Of a DNA stretch of 64,000 nucleotides, positions 1-12,700 are shown in pieces. Source of the stretch: Mobula hypostoma (Eukaryota); NCBI RefSeq assembly GCF_963921235.1, contig NC_086114.1, positions 34,038,001 through 34,102,000 of the forward strand. The letters are read 5' to 3'. The position numbers were made by a program, and so were the translations under genes. Position 1 is the first letter of the stretch. Each line of letters opens with the position of its first letter. The notes under the pieces are model-generated. The model worked only from the letters and a program-made list of their open reading frames with translations, made no database searches and was not told the DNA's origin.

Positions 1-325
1 GCACATTACCTACTTGAATTCAAAGTAAGGGAATTACCACCTCTTTCCCTTTATTTTCTCAGTCAACTGAACTCTCCTATCAAATTCCTTCTTTAGCACT
101 TTGCCACTTCTATTTTCTCCCAGCTTCTCACATCATTCTCTTTCAATCCCTCTCCCCTACCCACCTATGTACCTTCCCCCTCTCTCCTGCCTTCTTGTGC
201 ACCTATCCCTCTCCCCTCCACTTAGCTTTTTGTTTCAGCTTCTGTCTCCAAAATGTCATCTGTTCATTTCCCTCCATAAATGCAGCCTGACCTGCTGTGT
301 TCTCCCAGATTCTGTGTGTAGTGCT
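1..325 (+). mobile_element. Degenerate Penelope-like element 3' portion (pLTR relic)
   Basis: C/T-rich tract followed by 'tgcagcctgacctgctgtgttctcccagattctgtgtgt', resembling the ends of the PLE copies at 10570-10630 and 42560-42626. Confidence 0.55.
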
Positions 326-615
326 CATTGGTAATGTTAGTTTCTCTGCAGCTGTGTACTTTAAAAGCTAAACATACTTGTAGAAGAAAGTCTAGATTCA
401 GAATTTTACTCCTAAATACCACTGGACATGTTTAAAACACCATGCAAAACCATGAGCAGGTGAATTACTTGGACCTGAAAGTTTGATGAGATGTGTTGTA
501 ACTTGTAACTAACTTTCTCAAAATATGTGATAGTGATAGCTATTGTTACCTTTGTAAAGCAGTTACCCATGGTGCGTTTAGTCAAATACTAATTTTCTTG
601 CACTAATCCCAAAAG

Positions 616-710
616 GAACTGATGAAGGTGTCATTATTGATCTTCTGTCAAGCAGATCCAATTTTCAAAGGCAACAGATCATTCAAGCATTCAAGTCAGC
701 TTATGATCAG
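616..710 (+). CDS. Annexin exon (repeat 1, 95 bp)
   Basis: aaaag|GAACT...GATCAG|gtaata; (G)[31 protein letters not shown]. Confidence 0.95.
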
Positions 711-3700
711 GTAATAAAATGTCTTAATATTTAAAGATATAATATTAAGTTCTTGTAAGATTAGGATGCCATTTTTTGTGTGGGGAGATAGGTTTGATGT
801 TTCTCTCTGAATAACTTTTATGTTCTTTCTTTGCTTTGTGGCTTTCTGAAAAAAATTTTAAAAATCAGAATTGTATATGGATACATGCTTTAATAATGAA
901 CCTTTGAATTTAGACCTTAATATACCACATTAAGTCTTTGTGGATGTATCTCTGATTTTTTTTTCTGCAAATGCGTCAGTAGCAAATTCAATTCAGCCTT
1001 CATATCAAGCATAAATATAAATGCAAAGAAAGTGTTGATCTGGATATGAATGAAATAGTTTGGATTTGGGAATTATTACTACTATATTCCCATATTTTAC
1101 TTTTTGACTACTGGGAGCATACAAACTGTTCTCCTTCAACTCCCAGAGAGATGTATATAGAGCCACTAATGAGCATGTTTCACCTCTGTAGACTTAGAAG
1201 ACACAAGAGCTTTGGAATGAATGCCGCATTGTCATTGACGTGGTCTTTAATTCATGATACTGAAAAAAAATTGTAAAATATAAGGTTATAATTGAAAGTT
1301 CTTTTCAGATTTGAAATTGCTAGATATTGAAATATTTGAAATTTCTTCTCTGATAATAGAATAGTAATGGATGCCTGCTAAATTGCATCATGGACTATTT
1401 TCTTCATACAACATTTAGAATAGGGGTTCCTTTGTAAATTAAAACAAATAGTTATTGTACTGAATTATAAAGGCAGAATGAAAAGATTCTTAATGTACTT
1501 GTATTTTCTTGTGCAAAACATCAGAAATCTGGTGTGCTTTTGGTAGTAGTAATTCCGATACTTGGTTTGTATCTTGTAAAGATGCCACAAATATTATTGA
1601 CAACATGCAACTATTTACGCATAAAATCTTTTTAAATAGAGGTGCTTCCAGTTGGGATTGTCAATTTGTCTGACTATTATTTTCAGTTAAAATTATTCCA
1701 ACATTGGATAAATTTTTGAAATAATTCCCTCCACATTTTACAATAAGTTGTTATTCACATGTTGTAGTTAAGGACTTCCTGAGGATAACATAAAAGTATG
1801 GTTATCACATTCCTACATCTCACTGCTCCTGTTCCTAAATAAGGCTGCAGCCACTCACCCAGCCCACGATTTGGATCCTGGCTCCAACCACACACTGACT
1901 ACTAATATTTAACTGCTTAGCAGCACAAGACGTCAAGTGCAATTCATTTCATGGCAAAGAGGATTCACCAGACACAACAATATAAGGCTTTGAGGGGACA
2001 GACAATAAATGTCAACATTTCAGATAATACACATTTGACCTTGTGAGTAAATGGATCCACTGATAGTACGTCAGCTGGAAACAAAGGCTTGGTGTTAGCT
2101 GTAAATATTTGGCAAATTGGATAGGGAGCATAGCAACAGGATGTACATCCCCTGTTTGCTGTTTGACAGCATTTATCGTTAGATATGCTGGAGTATTAGG
2201 AAATTATTCCTTTCCATGTTTGACATCAGCTGTGGCTCAAAACAAACCTTTGTGTAATATTTTCTAGTTTATTTATCCCAATGCACTTTGTGTACAATTT
2301 TAAATGTAAACTTTGATTAATGCATTATAATTTTACAGAACCTAATTGATGAACTGAAGGGGGAGCTTGGAGGGAATCTTGAAGCTGTGGTTGAAGGATT
2401 AATGCTGACTCCTGCTAAGTTTGATGCACAGCAATTAAATTATGCAATGGAGGTGAGTCACAGCTAATATTTGTCCTCCTTCACAAGTAAAGTTTCATAG
2501 CTTGAAAACAGGCTACACAAATTTCCTCAATCACCAACTTTCTAACTAGTGGCACGGTAATTAATGCTGATGCCACACAGTTTTGTCCCACCTGGGTATA
2601 ATTCTGACTGTGTGGAGTTTGTATGCTCTCTCTGTAATCACGTGGGTTTCCTCCAGATGGTCTGGATTCCTTCCACATTCAAAAGATGTGCAAGTATGTT
2701 AATTTGCTGCTGTAAATTACTCCTCGTGTAAGTGGGTGGCTAAAGCTGATGGGCACAAGAGAGAGGGTGGATTATGGCAGAATAAGTGGGAAAATGGGAC
2801 TGTTGGGAATGCTTAGAGTTAGCAATGACTTGATAGGCTGAATAGGCTCTTTCTGTGCCATGAAGAAAAAATATAAGGCATACCATCTGCCAAATTTACT
2901 AAGGACAGGTAAGTGACATCCCTTACCATTGTTAGAAGCAAGTTGTGACATCACTGCATGTACCACAAGGAGCAAGTGCTTGGCTGAACTCCCCAGTGGT
3001 AAACAAGCTTTCTATGAAACACCCATTAGTGCAAACGTCTGCAGCAAAATAAATTGGCCACTTATTTCTGAGTGTGTGCTTTGAGGAGCAGATGTGCTCC
3101 CCCCAACCACATAGTAATTCATCCCTCTCACAGCTCCAATTAATTACAACTGTGCTAGCCCTATTTTCATCCCGAGAAGCCTAATCTTTGAGTTAGGCCA
3201 TAATCTAGGAAGCTGATGTTACATTTTGCTCTTTTCCTTTCTCCTTCCTAAGGGCATGAAATGTCTGAGAGCTTCCTGCAGCATCTGCTGAAAGCCTGTC
3301 TTCCTCTACTCACATTTGGACTATTCCTGTAGCACTGATCCATTATTTGAATATGAAAGACAATGCCAGGGATTCATTAAGATAAATCCATTTCTTATAT
3401 AAAAATGTATTAGTCTTGCTTGAGGGAGAATTCTCAAAGATAAAGTGTTCCCAAATTTCTAAGCCTACATGTTTGGTCTAAATCTAAAAGGAGAGAAGGG
3501 ATGGACTGAAAAAAAATCTATTGTGGGGAGGAAGGATAAAGGGCTGGAGAGGAAGGAATCTAATACGAGAGGAGAAAGGACCATAGGACAAAGGGGAAAG
3601 AGGAGGAGACCCTGGGGGAGGTGATAGGCAAGTGAGAAGATGTAAAAGGCCAGAGTGGGGAATAGAGCAAGAGGGGAGGGGGAGGAATATTTTTCATCTG

Positions 3701-6700
3701 AAGGAGTTGATATTCATGCCATCAGGTTGGAGGCTACTCAGATGGCATAGAATGTGTTGCTCCTCCACCCTGTGGGTAGTCTTATCTTGGCACAACAGAT
3801 GGCCATGGGCCAACATGTCAGAATGGGAATGGGAATCAGAATTAAAATGTTTGGCCACTAGGAATTTCTGCTTTTGGCAGATGGACAGGTCTCACCAATA
3901 TAGAGGAGGCCACATTGGGAGCACTGGACACAATAGATGACTCCAGCAGATTTGCAGGTGAAGTGTTGCCTCACCTGGAAGGACTGCTTAGGGCCCTGAG
4001 TGGAGGTGTATGGGTAGTTGCAGACTTTGGCCATTTGCAGGGAAAAGTGCTGGAAGGGAGAAGCATAATTTCTACTCCTAAATTTTATTAAGATCTTGGA
4101 TACAATTTGAATTCTTTGTTTTAATAGGGTGCTGGAACTGATGAACATATCCTAGTAGAAATTTTAACTACAAGAACAAACAAACAAATTTTTGAATTGG
4201 CTGAAGCTTACCAATCAGGTAATGGAATTATTTCCTAACTTTTACAGTAATCAAGATGTTTGTTTTCATAACTGTTGATAAAGAAACCACACATCTAAGC
4301 ATTATGTCATTATGTTCGTACTTTGATCCACTCCTAAGCTATCTGTTTCGTATTTCAGAGTTGTAGCATCTTACAGGTCTAATGAATATAGAACATAGGA
4401 ATGTACAGCACAGTACAGGCCCTTCAGCCCACAATGTTGTGCCGACCCTTAAACCCTGCCTCCCATATAACCCCCCACCTTAAATTCCTCCATATACCTG
4501 TCTAGTAGTCTCTTAAACTTCACTAGTGTATCTGCCTTCACCACTGACTCAGGCAGTGCATTCCACGCACCAACCACTCTCTGAGTAAAAAAAAAACCTT
4601 CCTCTAATATCCCCCTTGAACTTCCCACCTCTTACCTTAAAGCCATGTCCTCTTGTATTGAGCAGTGGTGCCCTGGGGAAGAGGTGCTGGATATCCACTC
4701 TATCCATTCCTCTTATTATCTTGTATACCTCTATCATGTCTCCTCTCATCCTCCTTCTCTGCAAAGAGTAAAGCGCTAGCTCCCTTAATCTCTGATCATA
4801 ATGCATACTCTCTGAACCAGGCAGCAACCTGGTAAATCTCCTTTGTACCCTTTTCAATGTTTCCACATCCTTCCTACAGTGAGGCAACCAGAACTGGACA
4901 CAGTACTCCAATTGTGGCCTAACCAGAGTTTTATAGAGCTGCATCACTACATCGTGACTCTTAAACTCTATCTCTCGACTTGTGAAAGCTAACACCCCAT
5001 AAGCTTTCTTAACTACACTATCCACCTGTGAGGCAACTTTCAGGGATCTGTGGACATGTACCCCCAGATCCCTCTGCTCCTCCACATTACCAAGTATCCT
5101 GCCGTTTACTTTGTACTCTGCCTTGGAGTTTGTCCTTCCAAAGTGTACCCACCTCACACTTCTCCGGGTTGATCTCCATCTGCCACTTCTCAGCCCACTT
5201 CTGCATCCTATCAATGTCTCTCTGCAATCTTTGACAATCCTCTACACTATCTACAACACCACCAACCTTTGTGTCATCTGCAAACTTGCCAACCCACCCT
5301 TCTACCCTCACATCCAGGTCATTAATATGTGGAAGAAACTGAAGCATGTGAGGGAAACATGGAAAGGGCTTTTCCTTAATCCTACTCGCCAAGACCTTCT
5401 CAAGCCCCCTTCTAGCTCTGCAAAGTCCATTCTTCAATTCCATCCTAGCTATCTTGTATCCCGCTAAAGCCCTGTATAATCCCTACTTCCTAAATTGTAA
5501 ATAAGCCTCTTCCTTCCTTTTTACTAGATGTTCCACATCTCTTGTCAACCATGGTTCTTTCACTCTACCATCCTTTCCTTGCGTTAATTGGACAAACCTG
5601 TCCAGAACCCCATGCAAGTGCTCCCTAAACAATTTCCACATTTCTGTGTTATAAATTTATGCTCCCAACTTTCTGCCTAATAGCATCATTATTCTACCTT
5701 CCATAATTAAATACTTTCCCATATCGTGTGCACTTACTCCTGTCCAAGGCTATGGTAAAGGTCAGGGAGTTGTCGTCACTGTGTCCAAAATGCTCACCCA
5801 CTGAGAGATCTGTCACCTGACCTGGTTCATTGCCTAGCACCAGATCCAGTATGGCCACTCCTAGTCAGCCTGTCTACATATTGTGTCAGGAATCCTTTCT
5901 GGACACACTTCACAAATTCTGCCTCATCTAAACCTTTTGCTCTAAGGAGGTACCAATCAATTTTAGGGAAGTTGAAGTCACCCATGACAACAATCCTGTT
6001 ATTTTTATTTCTTTCCCCCACCACCTTTGTGTACTTCAGTGTCTCTGTTGCTATTGGATGAATCTTCTCCAGTTCTGCCAAAGGACCTTACATGCTCTTC
6101 AGACTTGAGAGATGCTCCTCCTCCTTTGGTCACTGACAGCAATCCCACAATTCACTTTGTATCGGAGTTGTAGAGTTATACACCAGAGAAGCAGGCCCTT
6201 TGACTTACCATGCCCATGTTAGTTGTTTTGTTCATCTACATTAACCTTACTTATCTGCATCTTTTGCACTTTCTCATTACCTCAAGTTGTATTTTCAGAA
6301 ATGCTTCAGATGATTGCCAATGAGTTTGTTTTCTGCAAAAAGAAGTGTGGTATCTGGTAGCACAGATTGGCTCAGTATGTGTCTGAGAGCATAATGCAAT
6401 ATTGAATATGATTGATGGGTGTGGATAAACCTATTTTTTTCATTCCGTCATTTGGCAAACACTGTTCCGCAGGGTTCTAGTTAGCATTAATTAATATTAC
6501 ATTCCCCTATGCTGCTGGACCTACCCTTTCAATTCTACAATTTACCTTTTGCACTACCCCTTCCTTGCCCTATTCAGGTATTTTTTTTTACTTCTGTTGA
6601 ACTTTAAAACCAGATTTTTCATTATCCCCTTCATTTTATGATTGGCATTTGTGGCAATCTTGGACACTCAGACTAAAATATTGAACTGTTTTCTGTTATG

Positions 6701-9700
6701 TCTCCTAAATCCTACAGTGACTAGTTAATTATTGGTTTCTCCTCAACCTTGCTTCAGCTGTGCATAGTTCCTTGTCAACTACTGCCTGCTGATATAATTT
6801 CAACAGCCGCAATTTCCTTCTGATATCAGAATCAGGTTTAATATCACTGGCACATAGTTTGCAATTGGTTGTTTTGCATCAGCTGTATAGTTCAATGCAT
6901 AATAAATCAATAAAATTACAATAAGAAAAGATATATAAAAATTAATTTTAAAAAAAGTGAGGTAGTGTACATGGATTCATTGCCCATTCAGAAATCTGAT
7001 GGTCGTGGAGGAAAAAGCTGTTCCTGAAACATTGAGTGTTTCTCCTCGGGTTCCTGTATCTCCTCCTTGATGGTAGCAATGAGAAGAGGGCGTGCCCTGG
7101 GTGATGGGTTTCCTTAATGATTGATGCCACTCCTTTGAAGATGTCCTTGATGCTGGGGAGGCCAGTGCCCATGATGAGGCTGAATTTGCAACTTTCTGTG
7201 CCCATTCCTCCTTTTAAGTGCTTCTGGTTATCAATGTTTGGCTTTAATGCAAATTCTTGGCTGTCTCACCAATCTATAGGACCTGAGATTGTCTCAGCCT
7301 TTCTGTAGACTTATAAACAGAATGTTTTGCTTTATTGATAATCTTACTACTGTTATAACTTGTTTTTATGACCACAAATTGTTGATCTTTCTTTCAAATC
7401 ATTGAGCTGCTACCAACTTTCTAAAATCCCAAATAAGCGTACAGTTGGTGTGTTCAGATTTTTCTCAGATAATCAGTTCACACCAAAAGGATTCTCAAGC
7501 CAGCTGACTATATCAGTGACTCCTTTGGGGGGGGCGGCGGTATGATTGTTAATGCCTCCTACGCTTTATCCTTATTGTCCACTGGTTTGTACATACATTG
7601 AGTGGGATGCTGAGACCCTACTCTACTGGTGTTTTGGTGACTCCTGTTGTTTTTGTAACTATCATATAATGTTGATTTGGATTATTGACTTAAAGCCTCA
7701 GTTTATACTCTTCATCATAGTGGGAACTGTTTCTAAAGGAAACATAAAATGTCACAACCTGAAATAAAACCAGAAACTGCTGGAAATACCCCTTCAGGTC
7801 AGGCAGCATCTGTGGAAACATAAATATTAGTTTCAAATCCAAACTTTTCGTCAGAGAAATCAAGTTAGTTTAAGCAGAGAAGCTGGGGGAGAGGTAGGTG
7901 GAAAAAAGGGAATATCTGTGATGGGGTATAAATAGATGACCAATTGTAGTAGTTAAGGAGTGGTTCGGATTAAGCTTCTTGTCCATGTAATGTGTTGCTA
8001 ATGATAAAACTCGGGGACATAGAAACATAGAAAACATACAGCACAATACAGGCCCTTCAGTCCACAAAGCTGTGTGGAACATGTTCCTACCTTAGAACTA
8101 CCTAGGCTTTACACATAGCCCTCTATTTTTCTAAGCTCCACGTAGCCATCCAGGAGTTTCTTAAAAGGCCCTATTGTTTCCGCCTCCGCCGGCAGCCCAT
8201 TCCACGCACTCACCACTCTGTGTTTTTAAAAAAAAAACAACAACAACAACAACTTAACCCTGACCTCTCCTCTGTACCTACTTCTGAGCACCTTAAAACT
8301 ATGCCCTCTCGTGTTAGCCATTTCAGCCCTGGGGGAAAAGCCTCTGACTATCCACATGATTAATGCCTGGTCACCGGCCTCCATGCAGAATATGACCTGT
8401 CTACAACCACTCTTTGCCTTCTGTGGGCAAGCCAGTTCTGGATCCACAAAGCAATGTCCCCTTGGATCCCATGCCTCCTTACTTTCTCAATAAGCCTTGC
8501 ATGGGGGACCTTATCAAATGCCTTGTTAAAATCTATATACACTACATCTACGGCTCTACCTTCATCAATATGTTTATTCATATTCTCAAAAAATCCAATC
8601 AGGCTCGTAAGGCACAACCTGCCTTTGACAAAGCTATGCTGACTATTACTAATCATATTATGCCTCTCCAAATGTTCATAAATCCTGCCTCTCAGGATCT
8701 TCTCCATCAACTTAACAACCACTGAAGTAAGTCTCACTGACCCATAATTTCCTGGGCTATCTCTACTCCCTTTCTTGAATAAGGGAACAACATCTGCAAC
8801 CCTCCAATCTTCCGGAACCTCTCCCGTCCTCATTGATGATGCAAAAATCATTGCCAGAGGCTCAGCAATCTGCTCCCTTGCTTCCCACAGTGGCCTGGGG
8901 TACATCCCATCCGGTCCCGGTGACTTATCCAACTTGATGCTTTCCAAAAACTCCAGCACATCCTCTTTCTTAATATCTACATTCTCAAGCTTTTCGGTCC
9001 ACTGTAAGTCATCCTTACAATTGCCAAAATCTGTTTCCATAGTGAATACTGAAGCAAAGTATTCATTAAGTACCTCCGCTATTACCTCTGGTTCCATACA
9101 CACTTTTCCACTGTCACACTTGATTGGTCCTATTCTCTCGTGTCTTATTCTCTTGCTCTTCACATACTTCTAGAATGCCTTGGGGTTTTCCTTAATCCTG
9201 TCCGCCAATGCCTTCTCATGGCCCCTTCTGGCTCTCCTAATTTCATTCTTAAGCTCCTTCCTGCTAGCCTTATAATATTCTAGATCCCTATCATTACTTA
9301 GCTTTTTGAACCTTTCATAAGCTCTTCTTTCTTCTTGATTAGATTTACAACAGCCTTTGTACACCACGGATCTTGTACCCTACCATCCTTTCTATGTCTC
9401 ATTGGAACGTACCTACTCAGAACCCCACACAAATATCCCCTGAACATTTGCCAAATTTCTTCCGTACGTTACCCTGAGAAAATCTGTTTCCAATCTATGC
9501 TTCCAAGTTCCTGCCTGATAGCCTCATATTTCCCCTCACTCTAATTAAACATTTTCCTAACTTGTCTGTCCCTATCCCTCTCCAATACTATGGTAAAGGA
9601 GATAGAATTGTGATCACTATCTCCAAAATGCTCTCCCACTGAGAGACCTGACACCTGACCAGGTTCATTTCCCAATACCAGATCAAATACAGCCTCTCCT

Positions 9701-12700
9701 CTTGTAGGCTTATCTACATATTGTGTCAAGAAACCTTCCTGAACATACCTAACAAACTCCACCCCATCTAAGACCCTCACTCTAGGGAGATGCCAATGAA
9801 AATTTGGAAAATTAAAATCTCCCACCATAACAACCCTGTTATTATTACTCCTTTCTAGAATCTGTCTCCATATCTGCTCCTCGGTGTCCCTGTTACTATT
9901 GGGTGGTCTATAAAAAACACTCAGAGCTTTTGACCCCTTCCTATTCCTAACTTCCACCAACAGAGACTCTGTAGACAACCCCTCCATGACTTCCACCTTT
10001 TCTGCAGCAGTGACACTAGCTCTGATCAACAGTGCCACACCCCCACTTTTTTGCCTCCTTCCCTATCCTTTCTGAAACATCTAAAGCCTGGCACATGTCC
10101 AGCCATAAGAGAGAGAAAAGAAAAAACTGAGCCAAAGTGATGGTGGGCAGAAATAGTCAGTTCTGCTACAGACAAACAGAAAAAGTTAGTTAACTAAAGT
10201 TGAAGAATTTGATATTTGAAGGCGGCAATATGCCTGACACAAGATAAGGTGCTGCTCCACAAGCTTGACTTGTTAGACCCGCACAGGCAGGTTCCTCCCA
10301 GTCTCCTGTTCCTCTTTTGTGCTAATGGTAGCTCACACCTATGTATTAGGAAGGTGCATTACTTCCACCTGCTGTACCTGAGTATGACAGCAGCCATGAC
10401 AGGAATCAAACAACAGGAATTCTGCAGATGCTGGAAATTCAAGCAACATACATCAAAGTTGCTGGTGAACACAGCAGGCCAAGCAGCATCTATAGGAAGA
10501 GGCGCAGTCGACGTTTCAGGCCGAGACCCTTCGTCTAGTCCTGACGAAGGGTCTCGGCCTGAAACGTCGACTGCGCCTCTTCCTATAGATGCTGCTTGGC
10601 CTGCTGCGTTCACCAGCAACTTTGATGTATGACAGGAATCAAACCTGTTTTAATTTAAAAAGTTCATCAGGGCCCTACGTGACTTCAGGCATTAGAATAT
10701 CCTGCCGCCTAGGCACCCCAGATCAACCCAATAATTGCCTAAACAGCTTCCTACATTCTAACGAATATCTGTGGCTCACCATGATCACATGCTTCACTGT
10801 CTCTGGTACCTCACAAAAGTCACATCATCCGTTCCCATGTTTACGAACAAGTACCAAAGTAGAGTGGAAACCTATGTGTTCTAACCTCAATTTCACCAAC
10901 TGCATATCTTCCCTGCTATTACTTCCCAAAAGGTGCCTACCCTGAACTATGGAACCAAATTGTAATATCACCTCCCTGTCCCACTCCTAACCCACAAATT
11001 CTGCCATTTTCTAATCCCAGCCAACCTAATACAAGACTTGGCTTACTACTTTATTGACTATAATATCTACCTCTGACTTAGAGCCTGTTTTCCTATAACA
11101 TCTGCCCTTTCATTACCTGAGACACCCACATGTGTTGGTACCCAACAAAAATGTACTACTATTCCCGCACTCTTCAGAACATATAAATTGTATTACCCTT
11201 CCATCAACTTGAACGCTTTGATTCCAAATTCCCCTGTATCGAGGCAGAATCTGAGCAGAACATAACGCTATTTGGCTTAACTTGCTTGACCCATTGCAAA
11301 CTAATGATAACGGCAATAAATTCTGCTCCGTAGACAGACAATCCATCTGTCAATCTTTTCCCACCTCAACATTAAACCAAGGGATAAATATCCCAGAGCC
11401 AATCCACTTACTAACTGGTTCCTTAGAACCTGTAAAGATAGGCAAAAAGGAAAAATACTTTTGCTATAGATGACCAGATACCCTCTCACCACCCACAAGT
11501 GAGACCCTGTCTATCCCCCAATAATGATAAAGGTGGAGATTTCCAAGATGGAACTCATAGCCAGGCCATTGTTGGGCTAATCCACAAATCCTCCAAGACG
11601 ATACTCCCGCACATATTCCCTAATTATCCACCCAAAACATTTACCAATTTTGTTAGTGTATTCCCAGCAATCTATTAAACTGAAAATGTCCAATGGGACA
11701 TCCCCCCCCCCCCACCCTACTATGGAAGTCTGGTATGCAAGGCTCAATTTTTCTCTCTGCATGTCGAACGGCATTTTGCCTAGTTCAAGCCCCAATGCAT
11801 CTCATGGTGTGGAATACTCTACTACAGATTCTAAGTGCACTGGCCAAAAGGAAAGCCGTCCAATATAAAATTGAACGAGCTGCCTCCCTAAAAATCATAC
11901 AACCATAGTCCAGACAAGAGTGCATTAAAGCATGATAAATTATCAATAGCACACCCTAGAGGCCCCCCAGTCATACCTAGCCATACAACACAAAAAGTTA
12001 ACGACCTGCTCACATTTATCCTCCAAAAACGTTATATGTGTTCTCCAAGTTGGTCTCGCATCCAACCATAATCCCAAGTATTTAACCACGGGAACCCTAG
12101 ACAGTGAACACCCATATAGAGTAAAGTGAATATTATCCAACCCATGTTTCCAAGTAAAAACCATATATTTTGACATAGAAACTAAAAATTTTAAACCGTT
12201 CTTCCATTGCTGATAACGCTGTTTGCACAGACCTTCCTACGTAGGCAGTATTACAACCCCTTTTCCACAGAGCCCCATCATCAGCATATAAAAATAATCT
12301 AAACCCAGGCCCAACATCATCAAAAGTATAATTGATAATTAGATTAAACAATATTGGACTGATAACACTACCCTGGGGGACCCATTATCCACCAAAAACT
12401 CTGATGACACTTTTTCACCCACCCTCACTTTAAATGACCAGCCAAACATAAAATCCAAAACCCAGTTGTAAAGCCTCCCACTAATATGAAGATTACTTAA
12501 TTTAATCAAAAGTTCTTCCCTCCATAGCATATCATAATTTTTTTCTATGTCCAGAAACACTGCAACTACTCATTCTTTTACTGTAAAACTTTCTGAATAT
12601 CATTTCCCAGTAGTACAAGGGCATCATATGTAGATCTTCCTTTACGAAACCCACATTGGTAGCAACTAAGTAATTCTCTCTTTCCCAAAGCAAACATCAG

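Noticed and set aside
590-615. Possible U12-type intron end before the first visible exon (CTAAT close to an AAAAG acceptor)
   Set aside because: No TCCTTAAC branch consensus, and the donor is outside the window; more likely a weak U2 acceptor.
8414-9173. Plus-strand ORFs opposite LINE RTs (also 25875..26180, 53119..53478, 60587..60994)
   Set aside because: Antisense shadows of TE coding frames.
10447-10631. Hairpin as an assembly or fold-back read artifact
   Set aside because: It has a clean 16-bp TSD, one inter-arm mismatch, and the host LINE sequence resumes on both sides. Long reads would be the final test.
10216-10632. Mirror ORFs 10216..10632 (+) and 10359..10619 (-) with near-identical peptides
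   Set aside because: Artifact of the 89-bp inverted repeat; no protein-like features.
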